Shown here: positions 19,500-31,178 of the stretch, piece by piece
Layout of the letters: each line of letters begins with the position of its first letter
Numbering within the stretch: position 1 is the stretch's first letter
NCBI GenBank assembly: GCA_963845755.1
Contig: CAWJTV010000033.1
Coordinates: forward strand, 64,001 to 128,000
DNA from: an uncultured Planctomycetota bacterium
GTDB taxonomy: Bacteria > Planctomycetota > Planctomycetia > Isosphaerales > Isosphaeraceae
Reading direction: 5' to 3'
DNA: 64,000 nucleotides
Position numbers and translations under genes: made by a program
Notes under the pieces: model-generated
Databases searched by the model: none
What the model was told of the DNA's origin: nothing
Seen by the model: only the letters and a program-made list of their open reading frames with translations

Positions 19500-22400
19500 T
19501 CAAAGATCGTCGGAATCGTCGTCCGAGAGATCGTCGGGTTCGAGGTCGAGGCCGGAGGGTGGAGACGTGGCGAGGTCGGGGCGCCGATTGACGCCGACCG
19601 CCGGACTACCGGCACCGATACGCGTCGTGGCTCCTCCGTGACCGAGCAAGCGGACGAGACCGGGGCCGACGGCGCCCTCCAGGTCGAGGCAGAGCCGGTC
19701 ATCGTATCGGACGCGCAAGGATGGCCCCGCCTTGTAGATGGCGCGGCGCACCTGCTCCAGGCCCACGATCTCAAGGTACAGGTCGAGGTTGCCGGGCCGG
19801 ATCCGCACGGCGCGGAGCAATCGTTCCAGATCCTCGGGCTGGTGGCGCCCCTTATGCAGCCGCACGACGACGCCGCGAGTCAGCTCGGCACGTCCCTGAT
19901 CCAGTGGGATGATCCGGCTGACGATGAGTTCTGCGGGATCGCGACGGCGGTCGAGTGTCCCTTTGACAAAGACGATCTGGTCATTCTTGACCAGGTCGGC
20001 CATCTTGGCGTACTCCTCGGGCCAGAGCATCGCGCCGGTCGATCCGCTGAGGTCTTCGAAGGTAAACTTGGCCATCCTGGTCAACCCGGATCGGCTCTTC
20101 TGGACATTCTTCACGGCGACGTTGACGATCATGCCGCCGAGGATGACCTCGGCCTTGTCTTTCAGCGCAGGCAGGTCCGCCACACGGTGGGTCGCCAGCG
20201 CGGCAAGGAGATCGGCGTGCCGCGCCAGGGGATGGCTGGACATATAGAAGCCCAGGGCCTTCTTTTCGAGAGCCAGCTTCTCGGCATCGGACAATTCCGG
20301 TACGTCCGGGAGACTGCTGGACGCGACGGCGTGGCCGTTGCCGTTGGCCTTGCCAGCGTTTGCGGGCCCATCGAAGATGTCAAAGAGCCCGAGTTGCCCC
20401 CGGCGGCGATCCTCCTGCCTGGCCTGGCCCGCCTGGATCGCCTTGGGAAGGATGGCCAGGAGTTGTGACCGCCTCGCGCCCAGGCAATCGAACGCACCGG
20501 CGTGAATCAACGTCTCGACGCAGCCCGCTCCGACCTCCTTGGTCGAGATCCGCTCGAAGAAGTCGTCGAGACTGTGAAAGGGCCCATGCTCCGCGCGCGC
20601 CTTGACGATCGCCTCAACGGCCTTGAACCCGACTCCCTTGATCGCCCCGAGTCCGAAGTGGATTTGCCCCTCCCTGGCAACCTGGAAGTCGAGCCGCCCC
20701 TCGTTGATGTTCGGCGGCAATACCTCGATCTCCATCCGCCGGCAGTCCTCGATGTGCTCGACGAAGAACTTGTCGCGCTCCGAACCTTCCATCTCTGAGG
20801 AGAGCACCGCCACCATGAACTCGGTCGGGTAATGCGCCTTGAGATACGCTGTCTGATAGGCTAATTGAGCATATGCGGCACTGTGTGATTTATTGAAACC
20901 GTAGCCACCGAAGAACTCGATCAGGTCGAAGATCTTCGAGCGCCCGGTCCCGCTCCAACCCGCGCGCGACGGCCCCGTTGATGAACTGGTCGCGGCTCTG
21001 GGCGATGAAGTCGGACTTCTTCTTCGAGATGGCCTTGATCGTCGCGTACGCCTTGGAGAGCTCGATGCCTCCCAGACGGTTGAGGATCCGCATCACCTGC
21101 TCCTGGAAAACCATGACTCCGTAGGTCTCTTCCAGGACTTCCTTCAGTACGGGATGCAAATAGACGGCCTGCTTGCGGCGGTTCTTGACGTCGACGAACT
21201 CCTCAACCATGCCGCCGTTCAACGGGCCGGGGCGATACAGGGCGTTGGTGGCGATGATGTCGGTGAAGCGGTCTGGCCGCATCTTGATCAGAAGGTCGCG
21301 GATGCCTGGTGATTCGAATTGGAAGAGCCCCTTGGTCTCACCTCGCTGGAAGATCTCGAAAGTCTTGGGATCGTCCAGCGGGAGTCGTTCCAGATCGATG
21401 GGGGCCTCGGGGTGCCGCTGATTGATGAGCCGGACGGCCGCGTCGAGGGTGGTGAGATTGCGGAGGCCGAGGAAGTCCATCTTCAGGAGGCCGACCTTCT
21501 CGATGTCGCCCATCTCCCACTGGGTGGTGACGACTTCCTTGGCCTTGTCCTTGTTGGGCAGTTTCTGCAACGGGACGAGTTCTTCGAGCGGGCGATCGGC
21601 GATCACCACGCCCGCTGCGTGGGTGCTGATATTCCGGTTCATCCCTTCCAGCCTCTGGGCGAAGTCCAGCAGCCGCGCGACTTGGGGGTCCTCGTCGGCC
21701 ATCCGCTGCAGTTGCGGCTCCTCCTTGATGGCCTTCTCGAGGGTGATATTGAGCTTGGTGGGAACCAGCTTGTTGATCTGCTCGACCCGTGCCAGCGGGA
21801 TGTTCAGCACCCGGCCGACGTCCTTGATCGCCGCCTTGGCCTTGAGCGTGCCGAACGTACCGATCTGGGCGACGTTGGCGTCGCCGTATTTGTTCCGCAC
21901 GTACTCAATCACCTCATACCGCCGGTCCCGGCACAGGTCGATATCGATGTCAGGCGCCTCGGAGCGATTGGGGTCGAGGAACCGCTCGAAGAGCAGGTCG
22001 TACTGGAGCGGGCAGATGCTGCTGAGCCGGAGCAAGTAGCTGACGATGGAGCCGCAGGCCGATCCCCTGGCCAGCGCGGGGATGCCCTGCTCGCGCGCAT
22101 AGCGGACGAAGTCCCAGACAATCAGGAAGTAGGAGGCGAATCCCATCCGGTTGATGATGCCCAGCTCGTGGTCCAGTCGATCGCGGACTTCGGGGCCGGG
22201 TTGATCGCCATATCGCTCTTGCAGACCGGCCTCGCACAGCTCGCGGAGGTAATCCTCGGGCGTCTTCCCGGCCGGGGGGCTGAACGAGGGAAAACAACGC
22301 CGGCCCAGGCCGAGGCTTTCGTAATGGGGCTCGACCATCTCGGCGATTCGGGCCGAGGTGGCCACCGCCTCCTCCTGTCCCGGCATCGCCTCGTACATCT

Positions 22401-23163
22401 CCTCTGCGCTGCGGACGTAGAACTCGTTCGTTTCGAACCGCATTCGCGTCGGGTCGTCGAGCATCTTACCCGTATTGATGCAGAGCAGTACGTCGTGTGC
22501 CGCCGCGTCGTCGCGGGTGAGGTAGTGGGCGTCGCTGGTCCCGACCAGGGGCAGACCCATTCGCCTGGCGATATCAATCGCCCCGGCGGCGCAGTCTTTC
22601 TGGATCGGGACTCCGTTGTCCTGGATCTCGACGAAGAAGTTCTCCGCGCCGAAGGTCTTGTGATACCAGGCGCAGAGGCGCTCGGCCTCCGCGGTCTTGC
22701 CGTGGAGGATGTAGTCGGAGAACTCCGCGGAGGCGCACCCGGACAAGCAGATCAGCCCTTCGGCGTGCCGCTCGAGGATCTCCTTATCGATCCGAGGCTT
22801 GTAGTAGAACCCCTCCAGGAACGAGAGCGAGGAGAGTCGCAAAAGGTTACGGAACCCCGCGGCATTCCTGGCCAGCAGCGTCAGATGGAAAGCGTGCTCT
22901 TGCCCCGAGACGCCGCCGGCTGTCTTATCCGTGCGCCTCCCGGGCGCGACGTACGCCTCCAGGCCGACGATTGGGATGATGCCGGCCGACTTGGCCTCGC
23001 GGAGAAACTCGACGGCTCCGTAGAGGTTTCCATGGTCGGTCAGCGCCAGCGCGGGCATACCCAGCGTCTTGACACGATGGACCAGCTCCGGGATCTTGCT
23101 GGCCCCATCGAGAAGGCTGTAATGACTGTGGCAATGAAGATGCACAAACGGTCGGCTGGACAT
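19500..23163 (-). CDS. dnaE: DNA polymerase III alpha subunit; probable indel at ~20935
   Basis: PHP domain HLHCHSHYSLLDGA/TDHGN, ARGSACGS, PDIDID, KMDFLGL, GYGFNKSH, HhH LGAIKGVG and OB fold. Confidence 0.96.
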
Positions 23164-23512
23164 CGTCGAATCACTCGCGCTAGGCTGCAACGACGGCCGA
23201 CGGGCACCTCCGGCGCCTTCCAGCCGCATCTGGGGCTCAGGGTCGATCCCCACATCCCGAGTTGCAATCCACAATTGTGGGTGAACTGGCGACCAGATTC
23301 ATTGTAACACAAACTCGCGCACACGCCGGAGAGTGTGCCTCCGGGCCCCTCGGCAAATCCGTCGCATCCTGTCGAGGGGACCGGCCAGGCAGCTTGTGAG
23401 GGTTCCTCGCAGTCTTCAGGCCGTGAGGAATCTTCCGAGATCACGGAGCATCGGCAGGCCGTCCCTGTTGGCGGAACTTACTGCTGTTGTAGAATACTAC
23501 GCTGGCAGCGAA

Positions 23513-23571
23513 GTCGGTCAGGCTTTCCAGCCTGACGAGTCTGGGGAGTCAGGCCAGATCGCTTGACCGAC
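23513..23571. repeat. REP doublet (REPIN-like): GTCGGTCAGGCTTTCCAGCCTGAC and its inverted degenerate copy
   Basis: The 24-mer at 23513-23536 has an internal hairpin GTCAGGCT/AGCCTGAC. The reverse complement of 23548-23571 matches it at 19/24 positions. Confidence 0.75.
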
Positions 23572-23603
23572 CTTCCGGGCAATCGGGGGAAGCGAGAACG
23601 AGT

Positions 23604-24470
23604 ATGTCAGATCACCGTCTTGATTCGTCTGAGACGAACCCGCTGGTCGGCCTCGACGAGTGGGAATCGTTCCTGGAGGAGCGTTATCCTCAACCCCAAG
23701 AGGCGTCGACGTTTCGGGATTACGGGACGAACGTCCGTCCCGCGGTTCGGGAGTTCTACCGGCTCAATCACCGGTATCAGACCCTCGAGTTCGTCCTCGC
23801 GAAGGAGCGGCAATACCTGGCGAAGGATCACCGAACGATGGGGATCTGGGAGGCGATGGAGTTCCTCAATACGCTGGTCAACGACAGCGACCCGGATACG
23901 GATCTGACCCAGATCCAGCACCTGATGCAGACTGCTGAGGCTATTCGGGCCGCCGGTCACCCGCGCTGGTTCGTCCTGACCGGGCTGATCCACGACCTTG
24001 GCAAGATCCTTTGTCTCTTCGACGAGCCGCAATGGGCCGTCGTCGGTGACACGTTCCCCGTCGGCTGCGGATATTCGGAGAAGATCGTCTTTGCCGAGTT
24101 CTTCCGGGACAACCCTGACCACGCCATCCCGGCTTACCAGACTGAGTGTGGAATCTACGAGCCGGGCTGCGGGCTGGATCGCGTCCACCTCTCGTGGGGC
24201 CACGACGAGTACCTCTATCACATCGTCAAGGAGCATCTGCCGGAAGAAGGTCTGGCCATGATCCGCTATCACTCCTTCTACGCCGCCCATCGCGAAGGGG
24301 CCTACGCCCACTTGATGAACGACAACGACCGGAAACGCATGGACTGGGTCCGCAAGTTCAACCCGTTCGACCTGTATTCGAAGGGGCACGAACCTCCCGA
24401 CGTCGATGCCCTTCGGCCCTACTACGAAGATCTGATCGCCGAGTACTTCCCGGCCAGACTCGCGTGGTAA
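23604..24470 (+). CDS. myo-inositol oxygenase (MIOX family, HD-fold diiron enzyme)
   Basis: FYRLNHRYQT, SDPDTDL, QHLMQTAEAIR, LIHDLGK, QWAVVGDTFPVGC, SWGHDEY, IRYHSFY, FNPFDLYSK. Confidence 0.92.
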   Translation: MSDHRLDSSETNPLVGLDEWESFLEERYPQPQEASTFRDYGTNVRPAVREFYRLNHRYQTLEFVLAKERQYLAKDHRTMGIWEAMEFLNTLVNDSDPDTDLTQIQHLMQTAEAIRAAGHPRWFVLTGLIHDLGKILCLFDEPQWAVVGDTFPVGCGYSEKIVFAEFFRDNPDHAIPAYQTECGIYEPGCGLDRVHLSWGHDEYLYHIVKEHLPEEGLAMIRYHSFYAAHREGAYAHLMNDNDRKRMDWVRKFNPFDLYSKGHEPPDVDALRPYYEDLIAEYFPARLAW

Positions 24471-24517
24471 AGACGGGGCGTGTGGAAACGACGGCGATTA
24501 ATTTCAAGAACGTCCCG

Positions 24518-25414
24518 ATGAGTGAATACCAGTACTACGAATTCCGCGCGATCGATCGTCCGCTCTCCCAGCGCGAGATGGATGAGTTGCGCACGTTGTC
24601 CACGCGGGCCGAAATCACGGCCACGAGCTTTGCGAACACGTACAACTTCGGAAACTTCCGGGGCAATCCCGAGAAGTTGATGGACCGCTACTTCGACGCG
24701 TTCGTCCACGTCACCAACTGGGGCACGAGTCGGCTGATGTTCCGGATCCCGCGGCGCTTCGTCGATGTCGTGGCAATACGAGAATACGGCGTCGAGGATG
24801 TCCTCACGATCAAGGCAAGCAAACCGCACGTCGTGATCGATTTTGTCTCGAATGAAGAGGGTGGCGATTGGATTGACGGAGAGCCCTGGATGCCGAACCT
24901 GATCGGCATCCGAGCCGAACTGATGCGCGGCGATCTCCGCGCCCTCTACATTGGATGGCTCTCCTCGTTGCGCGATCGATTCGGTCACGACGCCGAGGAG
25001 TTGGATGAAGAGGGTGATCAGCTCGAGCCTCCCGTGCCGCCCGGCCTCGCCAAGCTCTCGCCATCACTCAAGGCGCTGGCTGATTTCCTATGCGTTGAGG
25101 ACGAGCTGATCGAGGTCGCCGCGCAGGGGATCGACGGCGAGGCGCCGAGCGAACCATCGGCAGAGGAACTTGTACCGTGGATCAAGAAGCTGCCCGCCGC
25201 CGACAAGAACCAGTATCTCCTACGATTCCTCACCGACGAGGGAGACCTCTTGCTCAGAAGCGAGCTGTTCCAACGTTACAAAGCGACGATCAAGTCCAAG
25301 AACCCACACGCTGACCAACTCCAGCGGCGGAAGGCCTCGCGATTGCTGGCAGCCTGCGACGCCCGGATCGAGGAGAAGCGACGAAAGAAGGCCAAGCCCG
25401 CCAGGAAGAGATGA
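24518..25414 (+). CDS. Conserved hypothetical protein (MSEYQYYEF... type), possibly C-terminally truncated
   Basis: MSEYQYYEFRAIDRPL...STRAEIT...YFDAFVHVTNWG...GDLRALYIGWL...EPPVPPGL. Confidence 0.75.
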   Translation: MSEYQYYEFRAIDRPLSQREMDELRTLSTRAEITATSFANTYNFGNFRGNPEKLMDRYFDAFVHVTNWGTSRLMFRIPRRFVDVVAIREYGVEDVLTIKASKPHVVIDFVSNEEGGDWIDGEPWMPNLIGIRAELMRGDLRALYIGWLSSLRDRFGHDAEELDEEGDQLEPPVPPGLAKLSPSLKALADFLCVEDELIEVAAQGIDGEAPSEPSAEELVPWIKKLPAADKNQYLLRFLTDEGDLLLRSELFQRYKATIKSKNPHADQLQRRKASRLLAACDARIEEKRRKKAKPARKR

Positions 25415-25442
25415 GGGGGTGCCATCCCGCTGTCCCACTCAC

Positions 25443-25781
25443 TCACGAACCTTTCCGGCGAGGTGCGGGCCGGCTGGGGGGCGGCTCACGGAAATCGGCG
25501 CCGCCCTCAACCGGGGGCCCCTCCGCATCCTCGCTTGTCCAAGCCGGAGTGGGAGGCATCATCTCCCGTTGTCGCCGCGTGCGCCTTCGAGGGGTCGGCT
25601 CCGGCGAAGCGTTCAAAGCGGCTTGGAGCATGGCAGCGATCAGCGTTTCTCCGAAATAAAGCAGTCCGGCAAGGAAGAACGCGCACCAGAGATACTCTTT
25701 AACCCACAAGACGCCGAAGATGATGGAGAGAAGGAACAACCGCTGAATGCGGAGTCCCAGTTCGGTCTGGTTTTTCTTCAT
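25443..25781 (-). CDS. Small hypothetical membrane protein
   Basis: Two hydrophobic segments followed by a Pro/Arg-rich tail. Confidence 0.5.
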   Translation of the reverse strand: MKKNQTELGLRIQRLFLLSIIFGVLWVKEYLWCAFFLAGLLYFGETLIAAMLQAALNASPEPTPRRRTRRQREMMPPTPAWTSEDAEGPPVEGGADFREPPPSRPAPRRKGS

Positions 25782-25831
25782 CGGATCGTCCGGGGGTTCG
25801 GAGTGGTGATACCATCAACAAAGCGATGCGG

Positions 25832-27832
25832 TCAGCCCCTCAGGGTGCGTGCCGCCTGGAGGGCGGCGATGATGGCGTCCGTGTCGAAGACGCAGCCGCC
25901 CCACGTGCCCCCGCCGACGGCCTGTAAAGCGGCCCAGAGTCGTGTGTCGTCAGGTAGATCTGGGTCGGCCGAAAGCATGGAGTGTGCGGATCGTCGGGCC
26001 AGGATTCGGGAGCCTTCGTCGGAGCCGAACTCGACGCCGTCAGAGCCGATCAAGTCGAGCGACCCATCGAGGTTGACTCGGTCCACGACGATCCGGACCA
26101 GGTCGCCATCGCGCACCTTGCCGATCGGACCGCCGGCCAGGGCCTCCGGGCTGACATGCCCCACGCACGCGCCGGTGGAAACACCCGAGAATCGGGCGTC
26201 CGTCAGGACGGCGACGTGCTTGCCGAAGGACAGGTAGCGGAGCGCACGAGGTGATCTGGAAGATTTCCTCCATCCCGGCCCCGAGAGGCCCGCGACCCAT
26301 CAGGACCAGGACGTCTCCAGGCCGGATCGGCCGATCGCCCTGTCCCTTGATCGCGGCGATAGCCTCGCGCTCCCGAGTGAAGACCCGCGCCGGGCCGGTC
26401 TTGCGATAGACGCCGTCCGGGTCCACCACGGTCGGGTCGATGGCTGTGCTCTTGATGACCGAGCCCTCGGGCGCGAGGTTCCCGCGTGGGAAGGTGACGG
26501 TGCTGGTCAGCCCGTGCTCGCGGGCACGGACCGGACTCATGATCACGTCGTCGGGATCGACGCTGTCCTGTTCATAGAGCCGATCCCGCAGTCGCTTCCG
26601 GCGCTCGCTCGTCTCCCACCAGGCGAGCAGGTGTTCGAGGGGCTCGCCGGTTATGGTGAGGGCCGACAGGTCGAGCAAGCCGAGCTCCCGGAGGTGAAGC
26701 ATGACCTCCGGGACGCCCCCGGCCAGGAAGGCACGCACCGTCGGATGATAGAACGGGCCATTCGGCAGGACGCTGACCAACCGGGGAACCTTGACGTTGA
26801 TGTCATGCCAGTCTTCGACCGTGGGCCGGGGCAGGCCGGCCGCGAACGCGATGGCCGGGATGTGGAGGATCAAGTTCGTCGAGCCGCCGAACGCCGCGTG
26901 GACGACCATCGCGTTCTTGATCGATGACTCAGTGAGTATATCGCAGAGCGTGCGGCCGGCCTGAGACAGCGCAACCAGGGCGTGGGCCGAACGCCGGGCC
27001 ATGTCGTGCCAGATCGGCTGGCCGGATGGCGCCAGCGCGGCGTGGGGGACCGTCAGGCCGAGCGCCTCGGCGACGACCTGCGAGGTGGCCGCCGTCCCGA
27101 GGAACTGGCAGCCGCCCCCGGGACTGCCACAGGCTCGGCAGCCCAGCTCGGATGCCTCGGCCAGGCTGAGTTCACCTTGCGAGAAACGTGCACCGATCGA
27201 TTGAATCTTCCCCGCATCCTCGCCCTCGCGCGCGGGAGGGTCACGCCGCCAGGCACCAGGACGCACGGCAGGTGCTTAGACCCTGCCAGGGCCATCATCA
27301 TGGCGGGCAGTCCCTTGTCGCAGGTCGCGACGCCGAGCACCCCTTTCCGTCGCGGCAGCGACCGGATCAAGCGCCGGAAGACGATCGCGGCGTCGTTTCG
27401 GTACGGCAGGCTGTCCATCATCCCGGTCGTGCCCTGAGTCCGACCGTCGCAGGGGTCGGAGACCATGCCCGCGAACGGGACGACGTCCAGCGTCCGAAGC
27501 TCCTCGGCCGCGTCCTGGACGAGCAGGCCGATTTCCCAGTGGCCGGTGTGGTATCCCAGTGCGATGGGCCGGCCGTCGGGCGCGCGCAGGCCGCCCTGCG
27601 TGCTCAGGATCAAGTACGGATCGCGCGCGACTTCACTCGCCGTCCAGCCCATCCCCGCGTTCTGGGTCAACCCGAACAGGTCGCCCGAAGGCCAGTTCTG
27701 GAGCATCTCCCCCGTGAGCGGGAGCGAGCCCTCAGGGCCCTCGGCCTGCGTAGTCACAGCGTAGACGGCGGGATCCTGGGAATCGAGAATCCCGCTGAGG
27801 TTACTGTCGGCCGAAGAACGAACGGATGCCAT
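25832..27832 (-). CDS. YjhG/YagF-family D-xylonate dehydratase (IlvD/Edd family); probable indels at ~27230 and ~26250
   Basis: [83 protein letters not shown]. Confidence 0.9.
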
Positions 27833-28061
27833 GTGTGTCGCCATTCCAAACACGAGATCGATCGAATCGATCATCATCGGGAGGGAGCTTTCGCAGTCTC
27901 ACGACCGCTACGATGAGCTTGGTCGTAGTCTTTATCATGACGTAGAACGTACACTCAAGGCAACGGCCGAACACTTCTACTCGCTGCGCTCTGTCCGAAT
28001 AAGTGACTCCATGCAAGTCGCGTGTTATTATGCCGGAGTAACCGCCTCCAAGGAGGAGCCC

Positions 28062-28736
28062 ATGCCGATACACAACTGGTCTCATGTGCCCACTGGGCTG
28101 TTCCACCACTTCCTTCAGTGTTGGACCGTGTCGATCTGCGACTCTTTGAACTCGGAGCGACTACCCAAAGGATGCTCCGCACTGATCGAACCGAGTGGCG
28201 CGGCAATACATCTTGATGGGGGTACTCTTGACCAGTCGGCGAGGCCGGACAGATGCAGCGACGAGGACACGTATGCGGCCAAGGCCAACCTTGTTGCCAT
28301 TCACCGTCCGCTGGGGAAGGTAGTCGCAGTCATCAAGGTCCTATCGTTAGGGAACAAGAACAGCCGCCACGCACTTCGGTCATTCGTCGAGAAGACCCTC
28401 ATTTTTCTCGATCAGGGTGTCAGTCTCCTGATCATCGACCTATTCCCACCGAGCCGGCGGGACCCTCAAGGGATCCACAAGGTCATCTGGGACGAGATTC
28501 GAGAGAAGCCGTTCGAGTTGCCTTCAGATAAGCTGCTCACGCTGGTGGCTTACACCGCCGGGGCGGTCAAGACGGCCTACGTCGAGCCGGTCGCCGTCGG
28601 AGAACCGCTTCCCGACATGCCCCTCTTTCTCGACCCAGACACTTATATCCTCGTGCCGCTCGAGGCGACGTATCTGGCGGCCTGGGAAACCTGCCCGGAA
28701 GAGTTCCGGGAAGCCGTCGAGACTTTCACTCTTTGA
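28062..28736 (+). CDS. DUF4058 family protein (putative Uma2-like PD-(D/E)XK fold)
   Basis: MPIHNWSHVPTGLFHHF, VIKVLSLGNK, LLIIDLFPP, LPDMPLFL, VPLEATY. Extended -10 TGtTATTAT at 28023-28031 and RBS AGGAGG. Confidence 0.85.
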   Translation: MPIHNWSHVPTGLFHHFLQCWTVSICDSLNSERLPKGCSALIEPSGAAIHLDGGTLDQSARPDRCSDEDTYAAKANLVAIHRPLGKVVAVIKVLSLGNKNSRHALRSFVEKTLIFLDQGVSLLIIDLFPPSRRDPQGIHKVIWDEIREKPFELPSDKLLTLVAYTAGAVKTAYVEPVAVGEPLPDMPLFLDPDTYILVPLEATYLAAWETCPEEFREAVETFTL

Positions 28737-28753
28737 TTCGCAAGCTTCTCGCA

Positions 28754-31137
28754 TCACAGTGACTTCGCGGTCTCCGCCTTACCCTTGTCGTGGGGAGGTC
28801 CCGCCGGCAGGTTCTCCTTCAAATACCGCGTCATCAACTGCCGCAGATGCAGCGTCGTGTTTTGCCCCTCATTGATCGCGTGCGAGCGGTTGGGATAGGC
28901 CATCATCGTGAACGGCTTGTCGTGGCGGATCAGCTCGTTGATCAGCGCCTCGGTCCCCTGGTAATGGCAGTTGTCGTCGCCGGTGCCGTGGATGAGTAGG
29001 AGCTTCCCCTTGAGCTGATGGGCGAAGTTGATCGGCGAGCCCTGGGTGAAGCCATCCACATTATCGCCGGGCAGTCCCATGTAGCGCTCCTGATAGATCG
29101 TGTCGTAATACCGCTGGTTGGCGACCGGGGCGATCGCGATGGCCATGGAATAAAGGTCCGGGTACTTGAAGATCGCATTCAGGCTCATCGACCCGCCGCC
29201 ACTCCAGCCCCAGATGCCGATCCGCTTCGCGTCGATGTAGGGCCGCTTCTTCATCACGGCCCTGACGGCCGCGGCCTGCTCCTGGGCGCCAGGATACCGA
29301 CCTTGCGATGCACGGCCCTACGCCAGGCCCGACCGCGGGGCGCCGGCGTGCCGCGGTTGTCGATGCTCATCACGATGTATCCCTGTAGCGCGAGCATCCG
29401 GTGCCATAACGCATTGCCGCCGCCCCAGGCATCGAGTACCGTCTGGCCGGCCGGCTCGCCGTAGACGTGGACCAGCAGGGGATACTTCTCGTTCGGGTCG
29501 AAGTCGGCTGGATAGATACACCAACCGTCGAGCGCGATCCCCTGGCCAATGTCGACCCGGAAGAACTCCGTCTTGACCTTCTTGAGGGCCTCGAGCTTCT
29601 TCTTGAGGGCAGAATTATCTGTGAGCAGCTTGACTCGCTCGTGACTCGGCAGTCGGATCAGCTCGCTGATCGGGGGCGTCTCGAAGTTCGAGTACCGATG
29701 AATCGCCCACCGTGCGCCGGGTGCGATCTGGTAGTCGTGCGAGCCGGACTGGTCCTTGGGGGTAATCCTCTCGCGGCCCGTCCCGTCGAGCCGGACACGA
29801 TAGAGGTACTTCTGTGTCGGGTTCTCGGGCGATGCGAGGAAATAGAGATGGCCCGACTTCTCGTCGGCCTCCAGGAGTTGGATCACGTCGAAATCGCCGG
29901 GCGTGATCAATTTCGGAGTCCCACTCTTTCGATCGACCCGGTAGACATGGCGCCAGCCGTCACGCTCGCTGAGCCAGAGGAACTCCTGACCCTTGTTGAT
30001 CCAGGGCAGCTCGTCCTGGAGATCGAGCCAGGCGTCGTCGTGCTCGGTCAGGATCTCGCGCGCGGTCATGACTGGAAAAGGGACGGCGTAGAGACTAGAC
30101 GGAGGAGGAACGTCGATGCCCATAGCCCGCATACGCTCTCGCGTCGAGTCATCAGGACGGGGTGTTTCCTTGGGTTCGAGATCGATGAGCAACACTTTCG
30201 CCGTGTTCTGAAGCCGATTCATCCTCTGGAGAACAATCTCCCGGGAGTTGCCGGCCCATTCCAGGAATGGGATGTAGTGATCGCGATCGGGGGCGGTGAG
30301 CCACTTCGGCACGATGTCCCCGACGGACACGACGCCCACGCGGCATAACGCATTCTGTTCGCCGACCTTGGGATACTTCACCGCTGTGATCCGCGGATAG
30401 AGCGTGTCGGTGTTATTGATGAGAGAGTACTCGCGGACACCCTGGGTATTCAGATTCCAGAATGCGATCGACTTCCCGTCGGGACTCCATCGGTAGCCAT
30501 CGCGCAGGCCGAACTCCTCCTCATACACCCAGTCAAACGTGCCGTTGATCTCGTCGGGCGATTGGCAAGCCGTCAATTGGCTGATCTGGCCGTCGCGAAG
30601 GTCTTCGACGTAGAGGTTGTTCGCGCGGACGTAAGCCACCAGAGAACCGACCGGCGCGAACTTGGCGAACATCAGCGAGGATGCTGGGGCATCACCACCC
30701 AGCTTCCGCAGCTCGTGGCTGGCCCGATCCAGCACCCAGTAGTCGCCGCGGGTGTTCTGTCGCCAGACGCGTTTCGAGTTGGTGAATATCAGCAGGCGTG
30801 CGCGATCGTCGGAGAGCGTATAGCCGTGGATCCCTAGCGGGGCCGACTCGCGAGGCGGGATGAGGTGCGCCGCGGAGACCAGGACGTCCCGCTTGCCGGT
30901 CTCGGCGTCGTACTGGACGAGATCCTGACCGCCGGTTGAGTCCTTCGACGCTTCCAGAGTCGTATATCCGATTCCATCATGGAGCCATCGCACCGACGGG
31001 GATTCCGCCTCGAACTCGTGGCGGCCGAAGATCTCTTCGACCGACAGCTTGGAGGCGTCTGCCTTCTCCTCGGCGCGAAGGGTGATGGCCGGCAGGATCG
31101 CCAGGCCGAGAGCCACGACCAGACACCGTCGATTCAT
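28754..31137 (-). CDS. Dipeptidyl peptidase IV-like S9B peptidase, secreted; indel(s) at ~29270-29300
   Basis: Signal peptide, DWVYEEEF, YPKVG, VYGEP, DNRGT, GWSGGG nucleophile, HGTGDDNCH, YPNRSH. Confidence 0.93.
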
Positions 31138-31178
31138 CGGCGACGACTCCTTACTTTGTGGTTCAATGAAGATCCTGT

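Noticed and set aside
19500..23163. Naturally split or intein-containing dnaE
   Set aside because: The two ORFs join by a single-base frame change at ~20935 with no intervening sequence and no intein motifs.
21319..23307. 662-aa plus-strand ORF and similar long antisense ORFs (5142..6383, 8053..9360, 15855..17168, 49141..50448)
   Set aside because: Shadow frames of well-supported genes, expected in high-GC DNA; no motifs.
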